From: Haliotis rubra | Lineage: Eukaryota | Assembly (NCBI RefSeq): GCF_003918875.1 | Contig: NW_025767220.1 | Span: 496,001 to 560,000, forward strand | DNA: 64,000 bases | Direction: 5' to 3' | Shown: positions 26,164-39,420 of the stretch, in pieces | How positions within the stretch are numbered: the first letter of the stretch is position 1 | Layout of the letters: every line of letters starts with the position of its first letter | Notes under the pieces: model-generated | The model's input: the letters and a program-made list of their open reading frames with translations, nothing else | Told to the model about the DNA's origin: nothing | Databases searched by the model: none | Translations under genes and position numbers: made by a program

Positions 26164-27010
26164 AGCAACTGTTACATGTGCCCAATGCCATACTACTAAA
26201 CATCTGTGTTGGCGGTTGTCATGGAAACATGAGTTATAGCCAGTATATAGGTTACGTATCTAATGTCATGCTTTTGCATGTAGAAACATTACGCCATCCA
26301 GAAAAATTGTTGGCATGAAGGAAGGCAGATATCCAATTACGTAGATCAAAGAGAACAAGATACACAACAGATGTAAGTTTTCTAAATAAGTCAGTGTTCA
26401 TATCATATTTTGTTAAGGGTTCACAGGAATGCATGGATCATAATTCAGGTTTGTATGAGCAAATTCCCTGAAATGGAGTATTTTACCGTTAATTGGTATA
26501 CTGTCTCACTCTACGTATGAATCAAGTATGTTTCAATATACATGACGAGATGAACTTTTAGCGCTATAATTTTAAGCGCTACTTTAGGTTAACCCAAAAC
26601 TACATTCGTGCTGAACTAAACTGTGAAATCAGTAAATTACCAAATAAAACATCAACATTTCATATCAAACCACACAGTTCCAGGTGTACAATATGAGTGA
26701 ATTAGTCAATCTGGACATTCAGTCGGCATTGTTTCAGACATATAGTGACAATATGAAAGACAAACATTGATTCATTGTATTTTGTTGTTTTCGTTAAGAT
26801 TCGACTGAGGGAAGTGATTGTCACAGGTGTTGTGGAACCTTCTAGAACAACACAGATTAATCCAACATAGTATGGGATAACATTTAACGCTCTATGTAAG
26901 GGGAAAGCACATGCTACAGTGATTCCAGATTTCATTCAGAACAGCTGATGTGTGAGGATCATACTTTCACCCTGGACACCCTGGTCGTAATTGGACAATG
27001 TACTCTATAT

Positions 27011-27124
27011 TGCTTGTCGTAAGAGGCAACTAACAGGATCGGGTGGTCAGGTTCGCTGATTTGGTTGACACATGTCATCGTATCCTACTGGTGTAGATCG
27101 ATGCTCATGCTGTTGATCACTGGA
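27011..27124 (+). mobile_element. SINE-like family A fragment
   Basis: tgcttgtcgtaagaggcaactaacaggatcgggtggtcagg...gatcactgga. Confidence 0.85.
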
Positions 27125-28066
27125 CATTTCGTATAGATTGGGCAAGATACGCTTTCCTTGTCGCTTTTTAGGCGAGATTTGACATAGAAATTAGTTTTGT
27201 TGCTTTCATTCTCATTCTGTCTCCGGATGCCTCCTGGGAACGTTCTATAACGTAAAATATGGTAGTGAGAATTAAATACCTGCAAAATATGTAGACATCT
27301 AAAACACAAAATATACATGTAACTAGCCAACAAATTTGACAGATCTACAGAGTATCAGGAGATATGACGCAACGGAAACTTTAACAAAATGACTTCCACA
27401 TCAGGCTGTCATTTGAAACGCAGAATTGTCCCAAGGAATACATTACCACAGCACTGTCGGAATACAAAGTCAGTTTGTCTGTTATGTTTCTATGAGCGAA
27501 AGCAGTGTCACGATATTATCATAAAGAATTTTAAACTAGAAACAAGATGTTATCCATCGTGTGGTACTTTTCGGACAGTGTCTACTTACAAGCGGTGATC
27601 AAATGAAGCGGTTCGTGGATGCACAGCCATATTTAAGTGAGTCAGGGGATTGAGTCCTTGATGCAGCATATTTACATGCAATCACCATGGACTGACTCAC
27701 TTAAGGTCTGTACATGTGCTGGGTACCATATTCTATCGATTATTTGCCTGTCTCCGTTGTTGTATATACTGCTGCTATTGTTGTGTAATAAGGAGACCTG
27801 TGGAAGTGAAGTGAGTCTGTTGTGCGCAGGACAGGAACTCATTGCTCATAATGTGTGTTCAAATTGTTTTTTTTGCCTGTAGTTTTTCCATCTATTTCAT
27901 CACAACCCGTGCATAATCAAGTTCATTCCAGACAAAACAGTGACTGATATCATGAACAACACAAATGAGCCTGGACCAGAAAATCCAGTGATTGATACAA
28001 TGAACAAACATCCACGAAGCCAGGCTACCTTTACGAAAATTGCCGAATCCAACCACCAGATTCGCT

Positions 28067-28463
28067 AAGCGGCCTTCACACAGAACATGTTGACAGAACA
28101 TGTTGTTGAAATTTTAAAAGTTGTCAAACTCGCGTTTTCACACGTCAAACACATGTTGTCAAACTTTCGTGTCATTTGAGCGCCATGTCCCTATCGGGGC
28201 GGTCAGGTCACAATTTGATTGACCGCGATTGGTTGTTTCTGAACATCACGAGTTTGACAACACTTCACACGTCAAATTCGAGTTTGACAACACCGAAAGT
28301 TTGATGAAAAGTTGGTGAGAATAGAGACCGATCTTATTTCTCGACAAAAGTTTGACAACTCTGAAATTGGTGTTGGTGGCAAGTTGTTGGAATGTTCAAA
28401 CTCTCAAACTCGAGTTTGACAACATGTGTTGTCCAACTTTAGTTTGCCGTGTGAAGGCCGCTT
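28067..28463. mobile_element. MITE with 15-bp TIR (PIF/Harbinger-like)
   Basis: aagcggccttcacac ... gtgtgaaggccgctt. Internal gttgtcaaac/gtttgacaac motifs switch orientation about the centre. Confidence 0.8.
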
Positions 28464-29029
28464 TAGGCTGCCTTTATGTCAAATATGAGTAGGTGGGGTA
28501 GGGGGAGTCAGTTTCAACATAAATAGTCACAGCAGTGCTCACATGACACACTATCGTTTCCCACGGTCAGTAATTAAAGCCAATGGAAATCATCATGCCC
28601 GATGCGGAGTACCTGTAAAGGGACATTCGTACACTTGTCACTGTTTATCACAAAGTTTATGCGTAATGTTATACCTTAGAGTGTGGCATTGACAAACCAT
28701 TGCAACCAGGGATTCGAACCTACAATGATATCCTTGCAGTTCTCCTCAAGACCTCTACCTGACGTAAACATGGGAATGGATATTAAGACAAGCTTACGTA
28801 AACATGAAATAGATAGCCTTTACAGTTAATATCATGTTTAACATGGGAACTAGTGTTGGCTTCCCATTTGATTTAATATCAATTCCGAAAGAAATATAGT
28901 GAAGACATGTCAGGAAAGTATGGAGTATGTTTACACATATGACTTTTTGTGTTGCATCTTGTGTTTATTGTCATTCAGCCAACATCCAAACACCTTGTTG
29001 AACGTTAATATGCTCCTGGCTATTAAAAG

Positions 29030-29190
29030 GGGCGGTGGGGTAGCCTAGTGGTTACAGCGTTCGCTCGTCACGCCGAAGACCCGGGTTCGATACCCCACAT
29101 GGGTACAATGAGTGAATTCCTGTTCTGGGGTTCACCGCCGTGATATTGCTGGAAAATTGCTAAAAGCGGCGTAAAACTTAACTCACTCAC
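29030..29190 (+). mobile_element. tRNA-derived SINE family B
   Basis: A box tagcctagtgg, B box ggttcgatacc, tail gcggcgtaaaacttaactcactcac. Confidence 0.9.
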
Positions 29191-30836
29191 GTACTCAATC
29201 AAAATCACATGAAGGAATGACTTAACCTCTGTGATGCCACATGATATTTCCGAATATGGTTTGCAGATCCTGATCTACCTGCAGCTCCGTCAGTTGCAAC
29301 AAACAGACGTGTTCGTTCATTGACTGAAACCGCACAATGGGCCATTATGACGTTGATCTGTAAATAATTTAGTCAGGTCCAGACAATCCATTGATCAGGA
29401 TCACAGCAGTGATCCACATCGCCCCGCCATCAACCAAGTCAACAAGCCTGTACGTCCATTACGGAAGCAGCAGTGACTATAGAGGTCTGGAAATGTTCTG
29501 TAAACGTCCTGGAGCGGGAACACCAGGGGGCAGCACTGACTAGAGTATACCCTTAGGATCCCGGAGAAAAGATGTCTGACCTGCCCAAGGGGACGGCGCA
29601 TCAGAAAACATATTCAAGCATCATGTCATCTCAATAAACTGACAGGGTATACACAACTGGCAATCGTAGAGGTAGGTTACTACGGGACTATCTATACTAG
29701 AAACAACAAGGAGCCAGAAATGTGGAACTTTTAACCCACATCTTTTGCGTCAAGATGCTGGTACCAGATTCAATTTAGTCCATGACCAAGGTATAAAAAC
29801 AGTGTGCATATCTCCTAAATATAACCATTAGCTAAAGTATCCATTGGCTAAATATAGCCATTAGCTAAGCGTTAGCCATAGCCTGGAGAGATGCACACAT
29901 AATCATATTTGGATCCTCTCAGCAAACATGGACCTGCAGTCGGACGTCGCACCTGTGATGCGGCATGTTTACTGCTGTGTTTATATGGAATCCTAGAACA
30001 CAAGGACTTTGTCAAGTTTTCGCAGAATTACGTAAACAACTTACGTATCAAACTTTATCAAAACGCAACAATGCTGCATTTTAAACAAGTGTCACTGACG
30101 AGTGCTTTTAAAGGACAAAATATGTTGCTTTCTTGTTTAAATGTCTAAACCGACGCCAGTATGTGTGCTTCACCTCCTGCTGGGTAAGTAGTGAGTATGA
30201 TTGCAGGCTTTGAGGGCTGGCGATATGGTGCCTTGCTATGAAATCCGGATCTGACACAATCCAAAACAATACCAGAATGTGTACTTAACTCAACACATCA
30301 ATTCCAAACATAACGTCATTTGGTCTGATTTCACTTCCTCCCTTGTGTTTCTTTGTGGGGATCTAATTCCTCACAAAGGCAATGATCACAACGCAATCTT
30401 TGAGCCAAGTGCTGATTCTGGTACTGATGATGTTTATATTGACTGGGAGAGTTGGAGGCGATAAAAGTTGCGAGTTTACATACGTGGGAGACAGTGGTTC
30501 TATTGTTCTAGATTACTTTCTTACATCGGTTGGTCTTTTTCAGTTTGCAGAAATGTTATGTGTCAGTAACCTATTATATCCTGGTCATTTCCCCCTGGCG
30601 TTATCGTGTAGGTTTCCTCCCATTAGACATGGGAAGATAACTGATTGGGATGATCATCACTCTAGTGTCAGCAGGTTTGTATGGGATCAATCGAAGGAAG
30701 GTCATTTTAACTATATCACTGAGGCAAACATTCCATATCCATAACGATTCCTTATTAGTGAAATTAAAACGGATCCCGAAGGGAGGATAACAGATTTAGT
30801 TCAGGGTATCCTTGATTCGGGTTCCAGTATGAAAAG

Positions 30837-31003
30837 TGAGTGAGTGAATCTAGTTTTACGCCGCTTTAAGCAATATTCCATCAACATCACGGCGGGGGAC
30901 ACCAGAAATGGGCTTCACACATTGTATCCATGATGGGAATCGAACCCGGGTGTTTGGTGTGACAAGCGAACACTTTAACCACTAGGCTACCCCACCGTCC
31001 CTA
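30837..31003 (-). mobile_element. tRNA-derived SINE family B
   Basis: Reverse complement of the 58046 copy. TSD tatgaaaag at 30828-30836 and 31004-31012. Confidence 0.9.
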
Positions 31004-32489
31004 TATGAAAAGACAAATCTAACAGTCATTATCCTGAATCGAGTAAACCAAAACTGAATAACGCGTGTACACGAGCTAGGTCACAAACCAGGAATGTTTG
31101 GGCATCATCGCAGTGAATATAACAGTAAAGATTACTGTAAACTGAGATACAGTTATAACGTTTCTTGCTGAAAGGTCACGTGTCATATTCAATCGCCATG
31201 GCTCGCTGAATAATTTCTTCACAAACCGAAACTTTAGATTTTGGAAAATTATACGTTCTCTTCAAACATGCTCAAAGACAAAGACCTGAGAGATTTGATA
31301 CCTGATTCACAAGCGGGAATTAGAACAGACTACTCAACCAATGATCCCATATTTACCTTGTGTGCTGTCATTGAGAGATCTTTATTCTCTAGAAAATGAA
31401 AGCTGCATGTAGCTTTTGTACATTCTAAAATGAATTAATTCAGTAGATAGAGTTCAAATTTAGAAATGTGTTGGAAATAGGAGTTTGAAGATAATAATGT
31501 ACCTAATCATAAGATCGGTGTATTCAAATATAAAATTAAGTTGTAGTGATGTTGCAAGAGCTGTTTTGATTGCGCTGTTGCCTACGTCAAACATGTGTGA
31601 TAAGCATCATACTTTTCTCTCTTTTTTTAAAAGAGTTACAGTTTGACATTATGAAATCCGGTACACATAGCAGTCAGCTTTGTCTTGATCTGACAGAACT
31701 TTTCATGTTAACATTTGATGATGATCTGATTCTGTGTCGAGTACTGTAACTAGTCTTCAAAGCCAATTGATAAATTATACTTTCAGTGTATTCAGATGAC
31801 TGGCAGTCTAATGTGAATCTGAACATAACAAATATTGTTATATTTCGCACAAGTGGTCGCTAGAGAAAAAACAGTTTTCGAAAGGAAAACGCATAAATGT
31901 TGGAAATTAATATAGATACCTTGGCATACGGTTTGCCTATAAGCCGAATTTGAACAGGTCTGTAATTAACCTGGTAAGCAGGACAAGAAAGTTCTTGTAA
32001 AACTTCACTCTGTAAAACCTAAGCATGCTGTTCCATCGAATATATGTTTTACATTACTTGGTATGTCAACACCAAGTGATGTGGTTTATGGTAAATGCAG
32101 GCGATTCCCAATGTACATTATATAATCTTAATCTCATTTATTGAAATATTGGTGTAAAATAATTAATAATCTGAACATCATTTTTCTATATAAGCCTACA
32201 AAATGTTTTGATGCTCTTATTAAGAATATTACATTTGGGTATCATATGTCCGCACATTTCTGTTAGATGTGGCTTTTATTTTATTTGCTAATCGCAGACA
32301 GCTGACAATGCAAAATATTTTATCAGATAATTTCATATGCGTGCCATCGATATGTTTACCCAAAAATGGCATTCAACTTTTACGAAAGTTCTAGATAGGA
32401 TTTCCTATAGTCAGTTTACGTCTTTGCTTGAACCCCGGTCATATTTAGCTAACGTACCTTACAGGAATCTGCCAAATGTCTTTTGACTT

Positions 32490-32760
32490 GACCCGTGAAG
32501 ATCCGGGGTAGAATAGGTCTTCAGCAACCCATGTGCTTGCCATAAAAAAGGCGACTATCTTGTCGTAAGAGGCGACTAACGGGATCGGGTGGTCAGTTTC
32601 GCTGACTTGGTTGACACATGTCATCGGTTCCCAATTGCGCAGATCGATGCTCATGCTGTTGATCACTGGATTGTCTGGTCCAGACTCGATTATTTACAGA
32701 CCGCCGCCATATAGCTGGAATATTGCTGAGTGTGGCGTAAAACTAAACTCACTCACTCAC
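32490..32760 (+). mobile_element. SINE-like family A, well-preserved copy with a duplicated head hairpin
   Basis: 11-bp TSD tcttttgactt at 32479-32489 and 32761-32771. Confidence 0.93.
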
Positions 32761-33165
32761 TCTTTTGACTTAATGATTAGGCAATCAACCTAGGAAGACA
32801 TTTATCTATTGTAAAACAAACAAACACTCTGTTCATTCTGTAACTTTATCAAAGATGACGTTCAATTTATGTTTATTGCCCTTTACACGACAAGCGTAGA
32901 TACAGTATTTACCATAACGGCCCTTATCATATGGCAAGGTTACAATGCTCTCTTGTTTACTTGTCAGTTAGGAACCTTCACACCAACGCCGGGTAGCCCT
33001 ATTTATTCATCATGCAGTTTTGTTCAGAAAAGAACTGATACCCTAACTTGGGTACTTCGTGTTAATGGTACTATGTGACTCCATTGAATATGGTCCCATA
33101 TCTTCCATGCAGTAAAAAGAATTGAATTGACCCCTTTCCAAATGCTATTGTGCTTTCAAAAATAA

Positions 33166-33310
33166 ATATACTCATGCCAATAATGGTTGCCACCCCTCCC
33201 CACCCCAACCCTACACACACCTCACACCCACACCTCAAACCCACACTCCACACCCCCTCTCCAATAAGAAATATTGAAGGGGGTGACAACCATTATTGGC
33301 ATGAGTATAT
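33166..33310. mobile_element. Very small Tc1-type MITE
   Basis: ~31-bp inverted ends atatactcatgccaataatggttgccaccc / gggtgacaaccattattggcatgagtatat, TA-flanked, with a C-rich interior. Confidence 0.75.
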
Positions 33311-33349
33311 ATAGCCATGTTTCACGGTGGCCACATGGTCATTATATCA

Positions 33350-36222
33350 ACCTTTACTTCATATCCCTAGACTTAGCCCCTTCCTGTCTTAACCTTATAT
33401 CCCCTAGACACAGCCCCTTCCTGTCTTACCTTATATCCACTAGACATAGCCCCTTCCTGTCTGAACCTATATCGTAGACTTATCCCCTTCCTGTCTTACC
33501 TTATTTCCCCTAGACATAGCCCCTTCCTGTCTTACCATATATTTCCTAGACATAGCCCCTTCCTGTCTTACCTTATATCCCCTAGACTTAGCCCCTTCCT
33601 GTCTTACCTTATATCTCATAGACATAGTCCAATCCAGTTTTACCTTATATCCCCTAGACATAGCCCCTTCATGTCTTACCTTATATCCCTAGACTTAGCT
33701 CCTTCCTGTCTTACCTTATATTCCCTAGACATAGCCCCTTCCTGTCTTACCTTATATCCCCTAGATATAGCCCCTTCCTGTCTTACCTTATATCCCCTAG
33801 AAATAGCCCCTTCCTGTCTGACCTTATATCCCCTGGACATAGCCCCTTCCTGTCTTACCTTATATCCCCTAGACATAGCCCCTTCCTGTCTTACCTTATA
33901 TCCCCTAGACATAGCCCCTTCCTGTCTTACCTTATATCCCATAGACTTAGCCCCTCCCTGTCTTACCTTATATCCCATAGACTTAGTGCCTTCATTGTCT
34001 TACCTTATATCCCATAGACTTAGTGCCTTCCTGTCTTACCTTATATCCCCTAGACTTAGTGCCTTCCTGTCTTACCTTATATCCCTAGACTTAGTGCCTC
34101 CATTTCTACCTTATATCCCCTTCCTGTCTTACCTTATATCCCATAGACTTAGTGCCTTCCTGTCTTACCTTATATCCCCTAGACTTAGCCCCTCCCTGTC
34201 TAACCTTATATCCCATAGACATAGCCCCTTCCTGTCTTACCCTATATCCCCTAGATATAGCCCCTTCCTGTCTTACCTTATATCCCCTAGACATAGCCCC
34301 TTCCTGTCTTGCCTTTTATCCCCTAGACATAGCCCCTTCCTGTCTTACCTTATATCCCAGTAGACATAGCCCCTTCCTGTCTTACCTTATATCCCCTAGA
34401 CTTAGTGCCTCCCTGTCTTACCTTATATCCCCTAGACTTAGCCCCTTCCTGTCTTACCTTTTATCCCCTAGACATAGCCCCTTCCTGTCTTACCTTATAT
34501 CCCATAGACATAGCCCCTTCCTGTCTTACCTTATATCCCCTAGACTTAGTGCCTCCCTGTCTTACCTTATATCCCCTAGACTTAATGCCTTCCTGTCTTA
34601 CCTTATATCCCATAAACTTAGTGCCTCCCTGTCTTACCTTATATCCCCTGAGACATAGCCCCTTCCTGTCTTGCCTTATATCCCACAGACTTACCTTATA
34701 TCCCCTAGACTTAGTGCCTTCATGTCTTACCTTATATCCCATAGACTTAGTGCCTCCCTGTCTTACCTTATATCCCATAGACTTAGTGCCTTCCTGTCTT
34801 ACCTTATATCCCCTAGACTTAGTGCCTCCCTGTCTTACCTTATATCCCTAGACTTAGTGCCTTCATGTCTTACCTTATATCCCCTAGACTTAGTGCCTTC
34901 CTGTCTTACCTTATATCCCCTAGACTTAGTGCATCCCTGTCTTACCTTATATCCCTAGACTTAGTGCCATCATGTCTTACCTTATATCCCATAGACTTAG
35001 CCCCTTCCTGTCTTACCTTATATCCCATAGACTTAGCCCCTTCCTGTCTTACCTTATATCCCATAGACTTAGTGCCTTCATGTCTTACCTTATATCCCAT
35101 AGACTTAGCCCCTTCCTGTCTTACCTTATATCCCCTAGACATAGCCCCTTCCTGTCTTACCTTATATCCCATAGACTTAGTGCCTTCCTGTCTTACCTTA
35201 TATCCCCTAGACTTACCCCCTTCCTGTCTTACCTTATATCCCCTAGACATAGCCCCTTCCTGTCTTACCTTATATCCCATAGACTTAGTGCCTTCCTGTC
35301 TTACCTTATATCCCATAGACTTAGCCCCTTCCTGTCTTACCTTATATCCCATAGACTTCGTGCCTTGCTGTCTTACCTTATATCCCATAGACTTAGCCCA
35401 TTCCTGTCTTACCTTATATCCCACAGACTTAGCCCCTTCCTGTCTTACCTTATATCCCATAGACGTAGCCCCTTCCTGTCTTACCTTATATCCCATAGAC
35501 GTAGCCCCTTCCTGTCTTACCTTATATCCCCGAGACAAAGTACCTTCCTGTCTTACCTTATATCCCCTAGACTTAGCCCCTTCCTGTCTTACCTTATATC
35601 TCCCAAACAAATTACCTTCCTGTCTTACCTTATATCCCCTAGACATAGCCCCTTCCTGTCTTACCTTATATCCCATAAACTTAGTGCCTTCCTGTCTTAC
35701 CTTATATCCCATAGACTTAGTGCCTTCCTGTCGTACCTTATATCCCATAGACATAGCCCCTTCCTGTCTTACCTTATATCCCCTAGACTTAGTGCCTCCC
35801 TGTCTTACCTTATATCCCCTAGACTTAGTGCCTTCATGTCTTACCTTATATCCCATAGACTTAACGCCTTCATGTCTTACCTTATATCCCCTAGACTTAG
35901 TACATCCCTGTCTTACCTTATATCCCATAGACTTAGTGCCTTTATGTCTTACCTTATATCCCTTAGACTTAGTTCCTCCCTGTCTTACCTTATATCCCGT
36001 AGACTTAGTGCCTCCCTGTCTTACCTTATATCCCATAGACTTAGTACCTTTATGTCTTACCTTATATCCCTTAGACTTAGTTCCTCCCTGTCTTACCTTA
36101 TATCCCCTAGACTTAGTGCCTTCATGTCTTACCTTATATCCCCTTAGCTTAGCCCCTTTATGTGTTACCTTATATCCCATGGACGTAGTGCCTTCATGTC
36201 TTACCTTATATCCCTAGACTTA
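33350..36222 (+). repeat. 36-bp minisatellite, ~80 units
   Basis: Consensus ccccttcctgtcttaccttatatcccctagacatag. The ORF track shows 12-aa periodicity. Confidence 0.97.
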
Positions 36223-38616
36223 GAAAGTATACGAGTGTCTGTGAACGTGGTCGGAATTCAAGAAGTGAGAATGATTTCCAACAAGATGGTACGTGGTCAA
36301 CCTAGGTCACGTCGACGCCTTTACACAACGACCATTCAGGACGGCGTCGTACAGCTGCGTAATATGTGGTACAGGCAAACAACATTATCCTGTACAACGG
36401 TAGCACCTGTTACCCCCGAGAACCCCGACTCTGACCAAACCATGTCAGTGTCGTAATTAATGTCTGACCTGTACGTCGGCTCATTTGTAGTGGCAAACTC
36501 TGGGCGTTTTCTAAGAATGCACATGAATAACACATACAAATGTCTCTTCGTAGTCGTCATGCTGCAGAAACTATTTCCCACATGCCCAAACACGCACAAA
36601 AACACATGCGTGCGCACAAACACGCACACATACATACACACGCTTTACATGTACTGAATACTGAAAAACAAGACTCACTATGGCCCCAATATACAATAAG
36701 GCGAAATGTAAAACTTAATGGTCCACATATATATTGTGCAGTATGTAATTTCAATATCAATAGCAATTTCAGCCAATACAATTCTTTTCAATAAAAGAAA
36801 TACATAACGGTAATATACTTTATAATGCAAATGGAAAAACAAATGACGTTTGTAACCAACCCAAAGGCCTAAGATTAATCATTCTCCATTTAAATTCATT
36901 GGTTAAAAGCCATTTTCGATTAAGCCAAATCATTCTTGCATTCGATATTAAAGAGGGACATCTGCGCCACTTAAGGCTTCTTGGCCAGCCAGGCCCCTCA
37001 TCGATCTGGGGACTTGTTAGACCCGGTATTTCATGACACAGAAAGACAAAGAATTTGTTCCTAATTGTCAACACACGCTGGGGTTTTAAAACACCAACAA
37101 AAAATGTGTTAATTTTCTAAACAAAGAAAGTTTGGCTTACACCTTGAGAAAATCTATCTGTTTCAGAATCACTGAAACTGCATTGTTAAAACAGGATGCA
37201 TGCCGATAATCACATAATAAACAGCTAATGGGGACGTTAGACACCCCAACGTTATCTTGCATGTCAACGTCTTTTTCATGTACATTTCAGATTTGGCGAC
37301 AACGAGGCAGAGCCATGTATTTTGATGACGCTATTCAAAACGCTGGAATGTGATAATTGTTCAGCATTTGCCATGTAGAAGATACAACAACATTTCGAAA
37401 CTAACGAATTTATTTTTACAAAAAGCACTGTGGATTTAACATTAACTAACTGTTTTGATACGGTGAAAACATTTTGCACAGGAGATGCACAGGAGTTTAG
37501 TGTCATCACAAGGGGATGGTCATTTTAGAACTGCATACTGAAGTGTGTCAATATATGGACGTGGTTACTTTTCACAAAAGTTTGCGAGAAGCATAATTAA
37601 TTATTTTCTTGAGAGACGGTCAGAATTGTTCGTGGTGATCTTCCTGACATGACACTTCAGCCATGCTATATTCTTGAGCATTGTCATTCTAACAGCACAC
37701 ACAACCATTGCTTCGTTGTGTTAAACCCTCTTATCCTTTTCATCTTATTTCCTCAACACGTTTATCTCAATAATGAAATGTACTCTGCACTCAATAGTGA
37801 AGCAAACTGATTCCCCAGTAAACCGCATGTCCACAGGTCAATACCTTTACCCATTAGCTTTATGAATAAAATCACTTTTTCTGTTGTCGAAGATGAGCAT
37901 GGCCTTCGTTCAATTTACTGTAATATATCTATTTACCATCCCATCTGTTGCCACTGCCAGTCACGTTCCAGTCGATACATGCCCCCGCCGGCTTTCCATA
38001 CAAACCGTGACATTCTCAGCCATTACCGCGAGCGCTTGTGTCCACTCGCCCGGGTGAGCGGTGAGCACTTGATTGGTGGACATCCATCTGCATCTGCACG
38101 TCATGTATAACAAGCTTGGATCTACTTGCTTGACAACTGGAACATGAACAGAACTTGCCGATGATCACATCGCCTACCGCTTCTCCCAGGGTCGTCCGGG
38201 AACCAGTCGAAATGCCTCCAGTCAAACCTGGCCTTATGCTAATCGGATCAGAGATTCATTTTGGGAAACGTCTTGAGTTTTCAAATCAAGTGAAGCCCCA
38301 GGAAGACTTTACCAAACCAATCTGCCGTTAGGTGTTGTGGTTCATCTTGAATCGCTTCATCAAGATACTGTTTGTCTCGAGGGCTGTGATTAACAGCAAG
38401 ACGTTGCCATTTCAATCGATTTACGTATATTCTACGTTCTCAAATGAAACGTGCGTCACCGTTTTGAATTTAATAAAATCGATTTGAGCGTCACTCCAGG
38501 GTTTTAAGAAAACTGGCTTTCAATTTGTCTAAGAAAAGCATGTAAAGAAATCCACAAACAAACCAAGATCATGCCCTACCATTCCAATCGGTTAGTCAGT
38601 TATATCTGAGGGTTCC

Positions 38617-39420
38617 CGTGAACATCCCGTTCTTCAGCAGGTAATGCTTGGCGTGAACATACCGGTTTTCAGCAGGTAATGCTTGACGTGAACATATCGG
38701 TCTTCAGCAGGTAATGCTTGACGTGAACACCCCGGTCTTCAGCAGGTAATGCTTGACGTGAACATATCGGTCTTCAGCAAGTAATGCTTGACGTGAACAT
38801 ATCGGTCTTCAGCAAGTAATGCTTGACGTGAACATACCGGTCTTCAGCAGGCAATGCTTGACGTGAACATACCTGTCTTCAGCAGGTAATGCTTGACGTG
38901 AACATACCTGTCTTCAGCTGGTAATGCTTGACATGCACATATCGGTATTCAGCAGACAATGCTTGACGTGCACATATCGGTCTTCAGCAGGTAATGCTTG
39001 ACCTGAACACCCCGGTTTTCAGCAGGCAATGCTTGACGTGAACACCCCGGTCTTCAGCAGGCAATGCTTGAGGTGAACATACCTGTCTTCAGCAGGTAAT
39101 GCTTGACGTGAACATATCGGTCTTCAGCAGGCAATGTTTGACGTGAACACCCCGTTATTCAGCAGGCAATGCTTGAAGTGAACGTACCGGTGTTCAGCAG
39201 GCAATGCTTGGCGTGTACATATCGGTCCTCAACAGGTAATGCTTGACGTGAACACATCGGTCTTCAACAGGTAATGCTTGACGTGAACATACCTGTCTTC
39301 AGCAGGTAATGCTTGGCGTGTACATATCGGTCTTCAACAGGTAATGCTTGATGTGAACATACCGGTCTTCAGCAGGCAATGCTTGATGTGAACATACCGG
39401 TCTTCAGCAAGTGATACTTG
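38617..39420 (+). repeat. 35-bp minisatellite, ~23 units
   Basis: Consensus cgtgaacatatcggtcttcagcaggtaatgcttga. Period measured from 38687 to 38722. Confidence 0.95.

Larger units (their letters stand above)
30290..32910 (+). pseudogene. Heavily decayed non-LTR retrotransposon (LINE) ORF2
   Basis: Endonuclease end FTYVGDSGSIVLDYF...HFPL, RT remnants QAGIRTDYSTNDPIFTL, KLHVAFV and TFDDDLIL, and a C-terminal CSFCNFIKDD. Many stops. Interrupted by two SINEs. Confidence 0.75.

Noticed and set aside
29030-29105. tRNA gene
   Set aside because: The tRNA-like part continues into a SINE body and tail that are repeated elsewhere with TSDs.
33467-36217. Long ORFs of 230-450 aa on both strands
   Set aside because: They are translations of a 36-bp (multiple of 3) minisatellite, open in several frames at once, with no unique domain.
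38161-38331. 56-codon ORF MITSPTASPRVVREP... after a CCAAT/CRE-like patch
   Set aside because: No recognisable homology or clear splice signals, so it cannot be supported.
38617-39420. 35-bp repeats of CRISPR-repeat length
   Set aside because: Head-to-tail with no spacers, and derived from a SINE-like head.
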